Source: Catajapyx aquilonaris
Lineage: Eukaryota
Reading direction: 5' to 3'
NCBI GenBank assembly: GCA_000934665.2
Contig: JYFJ02000695.1
Span: forward strand, 62,001-114,805
Length of the DNA stretch: 52,805 nucleotides
Part shown: positions 35,815 through 47,812 of the stretch, piece by piece
How positions within the stretch are numbered: position 1 is the first letter of the stretch
Layout of the letters: each line of letters starts with the position of its first letter
Position numbers and translations under genes: made by a program
The notes under the pieces: generated by a model
Databases searched by the model: none
Told to the model about the DNA's origin: nothing
The model's input: only the letters and a program-made list of their open reading frames with translations

Positions 35815-38618
35815 AATACAACATTGTGATATTAGGCCTAGTTGTGTGAATTGAAATGACCATATTTCTCCGCAAATAGTAGCATGCCAGTATAAATGAA
35901 GGTAAAATATAGTTGGTGTATGCAGAGCGCCTGGCCCCCATTAATGACACCCAGTCCTGTTTTGAATTTGACACAAGAATTATACCATCCCAGTTGGCTG
36001 AATATTTGAGGGTCACTGTGGCATACAGTGAGGTCATCACAGGCCTCAAACTTGTTGTGGAATTATAAAGCACCTTTGTTACATGTGGAACTGAATGGAA
36101 TGGAAGAAAGATGACATTTTGTCACAAATGCTTTAAAAGGATTTACAGGAGCATAGACCCATGAGGAACAGAATGATGAGAAAAGTGGCAGAGAAAAGAG
36201 CTGTATTTCCCATCTTTCAGTATTCCCTTCTTGCAACTAATTAGTTTCTATTGGACATCTTTTTTGCAGCTCAGAGCTCAAACATAGGCAAAACCCTCCT
36301 CTATGCTGACGTGCCGGTATAGTCACAAGGTGTGCATTCTCTAAAATATGATCACTGCTGTTTATTTCAGTGGAAGCTATTTGCGAGGTAATTGTGATAA
36401 TAGAAAAACTAGAATTATTATGTACGGTATTGTGAATGCATACACATTTCCTTAATTTGCATTTATAAAACCAAACCTTAGTAATGTTTAAATTTTTTGT
36501 CTTCCTGTGAAAATTGAGATTGTTGTGACAAACTTTTGTACATGTATCGTAATTATGGTAGTAAAATGTTGATGTACAGTACATACACATTATTGTTGAG
36601 GGCAGTGATTGCCTAACTTGGTAAAACAAATCCAGCTGGATTGCACTTATTCTAATAATTGTTAGTTAGTTTTTGACATCAATTAATAACAAGTCCAATC
36701 TGTCTGGATTTATTTTACTGAGTTCAGTGGAAATAGAGCATGGGTGTAAGTGTAAGTTACTATCCTTCAATTTTTGTAAGGTCCAAATGACTTCACCTTT
36801 GTTAATGTATGGAAAACGAGAGAACTATCTGATGTCATCGTTTCTTCCATTGTTGCTATTTGTTGACACTGTTTACTCATATTGTTCTGTGGGGGTATTT
36901 CCATGGAAACCTTGATGATGTCAGAGCATTCTCTCATTTTCCATACATTACTATAATTTTTATTGTACTCTGCTTGAGCAGCAGTCCCTAGAGAGCCTCT
37001 CTAGCAGTCCCTACTTCAAAGTGCTGGCAGAAATTATCTGTTATGTTAAATGCTGTTAAATTATGTTGTCAGATTGACACATGATGATATGATATTGTCA
37101 CTGTACAAATTGAGATGACCTGTTTTAGCATAAATATTTGATATGATTTTGAATGAAATGTGATATGTGGTGTGTTGGGAGTGAAATAGTTAAATTGCAA
37201 TTCAATTAGCAATAAAAATACATGTGTAGAGGGATTTGTGAACTTTATTTGAAGGATTTTTTGTGCAATGGTATTGAAGGATGCTGGGATTGTTGAAGTT
37301 GGTAAATTTTTTTTAAAGTAAGGATTTAAATTTTTATTTATTTATTTATTACTTTACCCCGTTGGGCATGATTGCCATTGGGGGGATTAAAGTAAGTAAT
37401 ATCAAGGGCTTCATCATATCTCAAACATGGACCTACATTTTGTTTGAACCTGGTGTACTTGACAGACGTAGAGGCATCATGTCCAATAATGGAGATAATT
37501 CCCTTACAATAACCACCCTGGCGGCTTTCAGATGCACTGTAACACATTTAATAGTGATTTGGTATGCTTTCTAGATCTAGACACATTTATAGATGGGGTT
37601 CTTTTTCTAATCTAGTTATTAGACTACAGTATATTACTAGGCATGTCTACACAACAGGTAATCCATGAGAAAGCTGACTAAAGAATAATAATTGCTAGCG
37701 AAGCACATTGCTATTACATAGGCTTAGAAGAATGGTGAAATGCCCAGCACACCCATTTAGGGAGTTATTCATTCTCCCCCTAAAGTCACTATAAATACAG
37801 TGAGTGTTCCAAGTACTGATTTGGGTACTGTTAGTTATTGCAAATTTCACCCGAAGTTGTAATTTTTGTATAACTGTTTGCACTCCCTGTATAAGTGATC
37901 CTTCTAATAATAATTATCCCAGAAGCTTTCTCATGATCTACAAGTATAGCATGATTTTTTGTTGGCAGGTACTGGAAACTTGAGCGAGAAGTGGCCTATG
38001 AAAATTTCACCCATAATTTCTAACACCAATAATTAATTAATAACAGACATGAAATCAAATGACCAACATTCTGGGTTGGCTCTTCCATCATTAGCAACCA
38101 AATATCAGACCGGTTCCGGAACTGGTCCTGCTTCGAGGGCGCTGTAAAATAACTTCCTTGAGCAGTACTTCGTGATTTTACGAAGAAAAATTGCGTGCTG
38201 CTCATTCTGATTTTAATGATTTCGTTCCTCAGTAGGTACGCTTCAATGCCATGTTCTGGTTGAGGAAATTATCACGCGTGTTTCTCATGTAGGACTAATT
38301 GTTATCAGAATTGTTAGTGTACACATGGTGTACGTACCAAAGAGATTAGCCGAAAATCATAGTGTCCCATACCAATGAATGATTTTTTTTTTGTCATTCT
38401 ATTGTTAGTACAGGTATTACGTACTGAATTTAGAGGAACTCAGAAGGGTAAGGATAAAGCATAATGCATGACCTTGCTAAGAATTTTTTTGGCAAGTGAG
38501 AATACAAATTAATTAACAAATATTCCGGCGAGTTATGACGACTTACAAGGACACTTGAAGGGAATATCTCACCTTCTCGAAGGTATACCCAGGACACATT
38601 CTTCTCATTTTGTTCATC

Positions 38619-41614
38619 ATGCCTCCATTGAAAGTGTTGAGTCTGTCTTTATCTACGGGTGCTGCAGTAATCATGATGTTTTTCAAAATGCTGTCAAATC
38701 AAGCAACGCATAGTGAAGATGGTTTTGTACCAAATCGTGTGATGGTTGATCCGGAGTACGATTTTATAGTGGTTGGAGCCGGTGCTGCTGGATCAGTTCT
38801 GGCCAACCGCCTTAGCGAAGTGAAAAACTGGACTGTCCTTCTCCTGGAAGCAGGGAAAGAAGAATCTGTCTTATCCCACATCCCCATGATGTCTCTGGCG
38901 ATGTCCAACACCGATTACGACTGGCAATTCAGGTCAGAAGTCTCCGACAATTAAATTAAGGAAATATTACAGCACGACTATTCGACCCTCACAGGTCAGA
39001 AGTCAGCCCAGATTTCTGCTTGGCATTTATTGGGCGTCGGTGCACTATTACTCAAGGAAAAGGCATGGGAGGCAGTACAATGCTGAACTCCATGCTTCAC
39101 GTGCGTGGGAACAGAAGGGACTATGACAGATGGGAGTCTATGGGCAATCCTGGTTGGGGTTACCGGGACGTCCTTCCATACTTCCTCAAATCTGAGGACA
39201 ACTGGGACTTCCCACCATCAGACTACCATTCTCGAGGAGGGTTTCTTCCGGCCAAAAGGGTGGACTTCCAGACTCCTCTGGCTGACCTGTTCCTAAGGGC
39301 AGGGGAGGAATTGGGATATCAGGTAAGATAATTTCTTTCGACTTGAAATATTGATGCGCCGATATGTTTCTTATATTGTAGGAAACTGATGTAAATGGAG
39401 AAAATCAGACTGGATTTATGAAGCCACAGGCAAATTTGCTATCTGGAGAAAGAATCAGCAACAGCCGGGCCTTCCTGAGGCCAGTTCGAAGCAGGCGTAA
39501 CCTACACGTGGCCAAAATGGCCTGCGTGCATAAAGTTATCTTTGGACATAGTCCACGTAGAGCCAACGGGGTAGTCTTCAGAAGGAATGGAAGAATTCAC
39601 ACTGTGAGAGCGAGGAAAGAGGTCATCTTGTCTGCTGGTGCTCTCTCCACTCCCAAGATCCTAATGCTTTCGGGAATTGGTCCTCAGGAGGAGATGAGTC
39701 AAATGGGAATTACGAGTGTCCAGAACTTGGACGGGGTTGGGAAAAATTTACAGGTAGTGACGTCTAGGGCATATAAATAATTCAAAAATCGTGTAGCTTT
39801 AGCAGCATCCTGCAGATAATTATGACTGCAGGCTAAATAGATTACTAAAACAGTGCATAAATTTCTCGTGATTGTCTACACGAATACATGTATTCGTGTA
39901 GACAATCACGAGAAAAGCTTGCTATACTAATCAGAGACTGAGTGATATAAGAATTAACGCCTCTAATATCAATTTGTCTGGTCCACGTTGACCACGTAAC
40001 TAGCACATTATTATTATTCTGCCTGAAGGTTGCACTGCTCTCACCAGTCTCACGTCAGACACGTAACTTGCTGCATTTTATCGCTTACCGGTACACTAAC
40101 TAATAAGTTTCTATACGGGGACATTTCCAAACATTGGTGTTTGGTGATAAAATTCCCCTGCTCTTTTAGCACGCATATACTAACAGTGGTAGCTACAGTG
40201 CAGTACAGTCTACTCTTACGTTATCTGCATGAGAAGTAGCGAAAAGGAGCACGGGGATTTTATGACCTAGACTGAAATGATGCTGGCCTCTGTCTCGTGA
40301 TGATCTGCCCTTCAGTTTATTTTCACCTGACAAATTAGGGAAGTACAGGCTGCATCACACGCGGTTAATACTAGAGTACATGTACTTAGTGATACATAAT
40401 AATGCGGTAGTGTGTAGTGGCAGAGTTTTGTAAAGCGGTAAATTATTATACTACACAGTACATGACGTAGGATTATGTACCGTATACGTTATCATAACTG
40501 AAAATACTAAATAAGTTATATAAGAAATAAAAAATTTGACGAACACTCTGTACCGTCATTTCAGTCGAAACTCTCAAAGCATATAACAGAACGGATTATT
40601 CCGAGAAATTGATTTTCGCGGCTCGATAACACTTAAACAAGTGCACCACATTCTCACTCCTTCATCTAAAACCAACATGCCTAAAACCACGTTACTATCC
40701 ATAATACGTGTCTTACAGTAGGCTATATTTATTGCAATTTTAATTTTCTGAAAGTGCTACGTTTTCATTCGCAGGACCACATTGGGTGTGGTGGATTAAG
40801 TTACACCATTAACCGTCCTTATGCACTAAATTCCGACAACTTAACCGGAAAAACTGTGACGGACTGGGGTACAAAACGATCTGGTCCCATAACATTGCCT
40901 GGAGGCATCGAAGGCCTCGCTTTCATCAACACTCGTTACACAAACAATAGCGAAGATTATCCCGATGTCCAGTTTCACTTCGCTCCGACGTCAGTTGGCA
41001 CCTCAAACGGAATTCTCGCCAAGGCCCAACGTCTGTCTCCAGAAATTATGAAATCAGTGTACCGTCAGATGGAAGGCCTGCACATCTGGAGCATTGCCAC
41101 TGTTCTTTTGCGTCCAAAGAGCAGAGGATTCCTGAAGTTGAGGTCTTCCAATGCAGAGGACCCGCCCTACATATTCCTCAATTACCTCCAGCACCCAGAA
41201 GACATGCTGGTTCTGGTCGAAGCCTGCAAAATTGTCCAGCAGCTGAGTCAAACAAAGGCCTTTCAAAGTGTTGGCTCCCAATTCTGGAAGGTTCCTTTGC
41301 CTGGATGCAGGAGCCTTGAGATGTTCTCTGATCAATTTTGGGAGTGCCACTTGAGACACTACACCCAAACTGTGTACCATCCTTCTGGAACGTGCAAAAT
41401 GGGGCCCAGAAGTGACCCAGAGGCTGTGGTGGACAACAGGCTGAGGGTTCATGGGGTCAAAGGGCTTCGAGTGGCAGATGCATCCATAATGCCCACGGTT
41501 GTGAGTGGTAACACGGCGGTGCCAACTACCATGATTGGAGAGAGGGCGGCTGACTTTGTCAAGGAAGACTGGGGGGGAATTATTACAGGCGAGGACATTT
41601 TCGCCAAACCGTGA
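38619..41614 (+). CDS. GMC oxidoreductase (glucose dehydrogenase [FAD]-like), paralog 1, about 617 aa
   Basis: Exons 38619-38932, 38995-39322, 39382-39753 and 40775-41614 total 1854 nt. Motifs: FAD-binding YDFIVVGAGAAGSVLANRLSE, GKGMGGSTMLN, EVILSAGALSTPKILMLSGIGP, VGKNLQDH, and the catalytic YHPSGTCKMG / GNT His-Asn pair. The N-terminus is hydrophobic. Confidence 0.93.
39862..39915. repeat. Perfect 54-bp spacerless palindrome in GMC1 intron 3
   Basis: TTTCTCGTGATTGTCTACACGAATACA|TGTATTCGTGTAGACAATCACGAGAAA; the two halves are exact reverse complements. Confidence 0.95.
40143..40267. mobile_element. Degenerate small MITE-like inverted repeat in GMC1 intron 3
   Basis: GGTGATAAAATTCCCCTGCTCTTTTAGC ... 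GCGAAAAGGAGCACGGGGATTTTATGACC form imperfect TIRs of about 28 bp. Confidence 0.4.
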
Positions 41615-42435
41615 CTAATTGGAGTGCTGCTCTACCTTATTGCATGCCATTAATATTGTTGCTTAAAAGGGACCTATTCTATTCTATGATCGAGTGTGAA
41701 ATGAGTTTTGTTACAAGTTCCTGCATCCACAAGATGCTGTTCGGGCAATGACAATAAAGCCAACAATGTACAGTTCGTTATTTCTGTACGTCTATTACTG
41801 TCCAGGGTTTTCCAAGCATAATGAGTCTCCGTACTTATTGATGACACCTGATTCGTAGAAATGTATACTGTCAGTCACGTCGGGGTAAAATTAGAGGTCA
41901 AATTGCCGGGTAATCAATCACGTGCTGTATTAGAACATTGATAGTCATGTAATGAAGGTCAAAAGGTAGATGACTGCAGATGGCATGCTTTTCAATTGCT
42001 ATAGTGTATGTAAAATTCCCAAGTGTCTTTTAACTGCCAAAAGAATACTCTGAACGGTACTCGAATGAACGAAAGAACAAAATAATAACCAAATAAAATT
42101 TTTTAACTCATACGCAAATCTCTATCTAATCCGCCCACATTTTTACCAGCTCAAGCTGTGTTTCTGTGTGGTTACATCATACTCACAAACCTGTTTGGTC
42201 TCCAACCAAGAATTTTGTTCCCGTCCTTTTATTTATTCGTTTTTTTTAGAACTATTTCTCTCGGTTTCAAGGCAGTAGGTGACTGTCCCTCTGCACCGGG
42301 CTAGTGCGACCTTGCCGACCTTTTTTGATGCAAATTACATTACGACGTGCAAAGGAGCTGCATCATTTCCTTCAGCATTTTGTTCGTCACCATCCAACGA
42401 GACACAGGGGCGTCTGCTTACCTGTCTTATTTAGC

Positions 42436-45155
42436 ATGATTTCAATGAACTTGTTGGGGCTGACCGTGTCTTCCGGTGTCGCGTTTTTTCTGACACTTCT
42501 GAGATTACTGACAAGGCAGACGTATGACAGTCGCGATGGGTTTGTTCCGAACCGAGTGTTTGTCGACAGTGAGTACGATTTCATTGTGGTTGGTGCAGGT
42601 GCCGCAGGTTCAGTGCTGGCCAACAGACTCAGTGAAATCAAGAACTGGAGTGTGCTTCTTCTGGAAGCAGGTACTGAGGAGTCCATTATATCCCAAATGC
42701 CAGCATTTTCTCCTCTGCTTGCAAACAGCGATTACGATTGGAAGTACAGGTATGGCTGTATATGTTGTCACAGAATTTAGCATGACCGGTGTGATCCTAT
42801 CTGCGTTTGTCCTAGATCAGAAATCAGTCCGGATTTCTGCTTGAGCTTGATCGGACGTCGCTGTCACATGATCCAAGGCAAAGGCATGGGAGGTGGTACC
42901 ATGCTTAACTATATGCTTCACACTCGTGGGAACAGAAGGGACTATGACATGTGGGAGTCTATGGGCAACCCTGGTTGGGGTTATCGGGACGTCCTTCCCT
43001 ACTTCCTCAAATCTGAGGACAACTGGGACTTCCCGCCATCAGAGTACCACTCTCGAGGAGGGTTTCTTCCGGCCAAGCAGGTGGACTTCCAGACCCCTCT
43101 GGCTGACCTGTTCCTAAGGGCAGGGGAGGAATTGGGATATCAAGTAAGATAGCAATTTATTAGACAAATAAGCAAAGCTACCCCGTCATCAGCGAGGTTT
43201 GTACACTATTTTTATTTTCAGGTAGTCGACGTCAATGGCGAACGTCAGACTGGATTTGCGAAGCCCCAGGTGAACTCGCTATTTGGAGAGCGGTTCAGCA
43301 ACAGCCGGGCTTTTTTGCGGCCTGTTCGAAACAGGCGAAACTTGCACGTGGCCAAAATGGCCCACGTCCATAGAGTTGTTTTTGAATCTGGAATATCCAG
43401 GAAAGCCAAAGGAGTTATTTTCCGAAGACATGGAAGATTCCAAACTGTGCGAGCAAGGAAGGAGGTCATATTATCTGCCGGAGCTCTCTCTACACCGAAG
43501 ATCCTTATGCTGTCAGGAGTGGGTCCGTCATGGCATCTTCATCAAATGGGTATCAAGGTCATCAAGAACCTTACAGGAGTAGGGGGAAACCTGCAGGTAT
43601 AAGTTCTGAGTAGCAACTCACTCTAATAGGATAAGTGTTGGGAGCATAGAGCAGTTGTAGTTCTCAATCTAGTTTGATCATGACAATGCAAAGCTCTGAA
43701 CTGAAGAAATCTGACCAGGTTATTGTGGATATTTAAAAAAATCACATACCAGGAATCATCTAAATGTGGACAGCTGTAGTGCGGAGAGATGATTATCCAC
43801 TTTAATAGGCACCTGAACATTCACTCCCAGAAAATAATTACTTTTGCATTCCAAAGAAACTGGGTCAATAACACAAGAACAATTTTTTAAAAACATACGT
43901 GGATAGCACATTGATGTGGCTTTATTTCAGTAGTAACTGTCATATCAATATTATCAACAATAATTCGATTTATTATAATAAATTAAACTATTACTTATTG
44001 ATATTATATTGTTACTGTGACCATTACTTTATATTTTCAAAATTAAAAGGGTCCCATTAGAGATGAAATATGCACCAAGTACCAAAATTCAATGCAGATT
44101 CCCTAAAAGAATCACAACCCCTAGTAATGCAGTACTGACCAATATCACAGTACCAATAAAGGCTCTAATAAAAATGAGGCGAATGTTGATAAGAGTTGAA
44201 TTGCATGAAAGTAGCCTGCCCAAAATTTGTCAACATAATAAACTAGAGGACACATTTCGTTCCTAATACATTAGCTGTGTGTAGTGTGTCGAGATTTCCC
44301 GGTTGAATGAGACAATTCACTTATTTGCAGGATCACATTGGATGTGGTGGCTTAAATTATCTCATTAACCATCCTTATGCCCTGAATGCTGAGAATTTGT
44401 TGACTGCCCAAACTATAATGGAATGGCTAATGAAGCGTGCTGGTCCCATAACCCTACCTGGAGGCATTGAAGGCCTTGCTTTCATCAACACCCGCAATGC
44501 AAATGTAACAGATGACTACCCTGATGTTGAGTTCCACTTTGCACCATCATCAGTAGGCACTACAAATGGCATCCTGGCTCGAGCCCACGGTTTGTCACCT
44601 GAGGTCTTGAAATCAGTATATGAGAAAATGAGAGGCCTGCATAGCTGGACAATCATACCTGTTATCCTGCGTCCCAAGAGCCGAGGCCACCTGAAGCTGA
44701 GGTCTCTGAATGCAGAAGAACCACCCTACATCTTCCTTAACTACCTCCAGCACCCAGAAGACACACTTGTTTTGGTTGAGGCTTCCAAGATGGTTCACCA
44801 GTTAAGTCAAACAAAGGCCTTCCAGAGTGTGGGTTCACAATTCTGGAAGGTTCCTTTGCCTGGATGCAAGGGAATCAAAATGTTCACTGACACGCACTGG
44901 GAATGCCATTTGAGACATTATACCAATACAGTGTACCATCCTTCTGGGACATGCAAAATGGGGCCCAGAAGTGACCACGAGGCTGTGGTGGACAACAGGC
45001 TGAGGGTTCATGGGGTCAAAGGGCTCAGAGTGGCAGATACTTCCATTATGCCCACGCTTGTGAGTGGTAACACAGCTGTGCCTGCAACTATGATTGGGGA
45101 GAAGACAGCTGATTTTGTGAAGGAAGACTGGGGTCAAAAACCTTTTTGTAATTAA
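42436..45155 (+). CDS. GMC oxidoreductase (glucose dehydrogenase [FAD]-like), paralog 2, about 613 aa
   Basis: Exons 42436-42749, 42816-43143, 43222-43596 and 44331-45155 total 1842 nt. Intron positions and GMC motifs match paralog 1. AATAAA overlaps or adjoins the stop codon. Confidence 0.93.
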
Positions 45156-45448
45156 TAAATATGGAAAGCACGATTAATTAAATACTCCAATAATAATTGT
45201 GATGAAAGAATCCTGTTAAAAATTGCACCCTTGCCTAGATAGGAGTAGAATAGTTGCAGTTCCTCAAATCTGTCACAATGCAATTTTGGAAATACCTTGC
45301 TTTTAACTCATACTTCAAGGCAACCATTTGCTAGGATCCCCACATTTGCAGTTCTGAATATGCCAACAGACCAAGTTCACTTTTTTTCTTCTTAAAGAAA
45401 AGCACAGCAGGGGCCTTCCGGGGCCTTCCCAGGTGCATTTGAAACATA

Positions 45449-46293
45449 CAGGGTGTAAATGAAATATATGTGACCATATTTTGAGGAATAATAAAGAAGT
45501 GAGTAAAAGGAATTTTTCACCAATACACCAAGTGCCCCACATGTGTCTCTCTGTCAGAAAACAAGGGTTTGTGTTGCTCCTGGGAGGTAGGCAGCCCACT
45601 TTGTGTGGTATGCTGATTGGGTGTAATAATAATTGGTGCAGGATTCAAGAAATGCATGGGTAATGCAGTAATTGGACATCAACATTTTAATAACACAAAG
45701 AAAAATTGTACATCACGACAACAACTGTTCATTTGATTGCACAATTGTATACCATGGACTATTGCATGCGCTTAAGCATATGCAGGCTCTCACTTATTTC
45801 TCCTGCAGCAACAGCAATTCTGGCTGTGAGATCCGTGACAGTTACAATGGGGGTGGGGTGGGGGTGGTGGTGGAGTAAATAAGATCCTTCATGTGGGCAC
45901 AGAAAAAAAGGCCAGTGAGGCCCATGGACAGACCCACCCTCTCGTATCCATTTGCATGATGGTCTAGCATCTAGCTACTCTAGCCACTGGAGCTAAAGTA
46001 AAATGTGGCGGAACCTCATCATGCTGAAACCACATGCGCTGCGTAACAGTGAGTGATACCTATTTGAGTAGCTCGGGAAGCACTTCTCACACAAACACTT
46101 TGTAATCTTGCTGTTTGAGACACAAGGGGAGCATGTAAGGTCATACCAAGATATTGTGTACCAGTCCTGCCCAAACATTTACAGAAAACCTTTCTGGAAA
46201 ATTGTGCACTCTTGCTGGATGCAGATTCTTCACTGCCCACATGTGACTTTTTCTGCTGTTGAAGATTCCAGCCTGTGTGAATGTGGCCTTCTC
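45449..46293 (-). mobile_element. Degenerate Tc1/mariner-superfamily transposon: transposase pseudogene plus one TIR
   Basis: Minus-strand translation from 46293 reads EKATFTQAGIFNSRKSHMWAVKN...ERFSVNVWAGLVHNILV*PYMLP...EVLPELLK*VSLTVTQRMWFQHDEVPPHF, then frameshifted WIREGG, HMKDLIYSTTP and DLTARIAVAAGEI. This is a DDD/E transposase core and C-terminus with internal stops. A terminal TA|CAGGGTGTAAATGAA lies at 45449. Confidence 0.85.
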
Positions 46294-46749
46294 TCTAAAA
46301 AACAATGATCAATCTCATAGAGCTGATTTATCAGCTCTCAATGTCGATGAATCTAGTTTCTAGTATTTGAAGCATAGAAATTCGATTTCCAACATGGAAA
46401 AAAAATTTCATGACCATAAGTTACGTTTCCAACCATTGTTTTAAGACTACTAAGACGATTTCCCAAACAATGTCAACATCAACTTCAATTTCTTCTGCCT
46501 ATGGCATAAACTCATCATACTTCATCAACAGAAATTACCTCGTGAAATGTAATGCTGCAAATGCTGTCGAAATTAATGCTGATGTACTGTAAAATTGCGT
46601 ATACTTAACAGAATCTGACTGATTAACATCACTTAATAATTCCTACCAACGATACAACCAATTGATACGAAGTAGTCAGACTTAACATTTCAATGCTGGA
46701 AGAGCCACTAATAAGTTAGCACTGTGCTAGAGTCAAACATCAGATGTAC

Positions 46750-47015
46750 CATATCGTCGGCCGGCGATCAAAACCTCGTAACTCCATTTTGCGCGAAAAT
46801 GGACTTACGTACCTTGTAAGTCCCTTTGCACAACTTTGCAATGGTGTACATGAATTCAACATCATCCTCATGAAAGGTAAGGTTTACGTTATGCTATACT
46901 GTAGGAATAATTGTCAGCATGAACAGAAAACATGATTTTACAAAATGTTTTTTGTCCCTCCTGTAAAATTTAGTCTTGAGGAGTTACGAGGTTTTGATCG
47001 CCGGCCGACGATATG
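46750..47015. mobile_element. 266-bp MITE with perfect 36-bp terminal inverted repeats
   Basis: CATATCGTCGGCCGGCGATCAAAACCTCGTAACTCC (46750-46785) and its exact reverse complement (46980-47015). The TSD is ambiguous and may be a TA inside the repeat ends. Confidence 0.85.
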
Positions 47016-47643
47016 CAATATGCCTCTCAATCCCGATAAAACCAATTTTCGGTGTGTGATTCGTCATGTGTATCAAATATAGGCCTCTACAACTCTACAA
47101 GTTTAGTTGAAAATGTGCCTGTAAAAAATTTCAAGGTCAGTTTGGAGTTCATAGGCATGAACCATTATATCAGACTATTAGGATACAAGATATGCATATT
47201 AAGTTTTTTTGTTTGGTTTTTTAAAATTTTTAAATGGCTTGTTCCACAGTCAGAAAGCCTCAGCATTGCTTCAGGACACACAATCCCATGCAAACAATAT
47301 TGTATCATCCACAAAAATTGACAGATTCTCCTGTGATAATAATCAAGGGCACAATGCTGTGTCTGCAAACAGATGAGGTTAGTTACCATGAAGTGCTCCT
47401 ACACACCTTCCTCTAAGCAAGGTATCACCACCACAATTGCCCACTTAAATTGGGCACCATATCATTGCAAGCCGTTTCAGAACTGACTAGCGAGTTGCAG
47501 CATATTAAAAGCTTTGTTGCTGTTTCTGGGCGTAGTAACCATTATTTCAACCTTCATATATGGCTTGCAACTTTGCACTTATTGTCCCCTCTGTCCACAA
47601 TGGCCATTGCTAAACATCTTAGTGCTGAAATATATGTGCATTA

Positions 47644-47812
47644 AGGCCCATTCACACAGGCCGTCGACGGTTTTGGTTTTTGGTCTCGTCGACGTCGCGG
47701 ACCAATCAGAACGGGCCCTCACGTAAACAACGCATCATGGTTACCGTGAGGGCCCGCTCTGATTGGTCCAAAACCAAAACCAAAACAGTCGACGGCCTGT
47801 GTGAATGGGCCT
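47644..47812. mobile_element. 169-bp PIF/Harbinger (Tourist-like) MITE
   Basis: TTA|AGGCCCATTCACACAGGCCGTCGAC...GTCGACGGCCTGTGTGAATGGGCCT|TTA with a 3-bp TTA TSD. An internal hairpin GGACCAATCAGA.CGGGCCCTCAC / GTGAGGGCCCG.TCTGATTGGTCC is also present. Confidence 0.88.

Noticed and set aside
46400..46560. Minus-strand EVISVDEV, reminiscent of a piggyBac catalytic motif
   Set aside because: Too short, followed immediately by stops, and no TTAA-flanked TIRs were seen.
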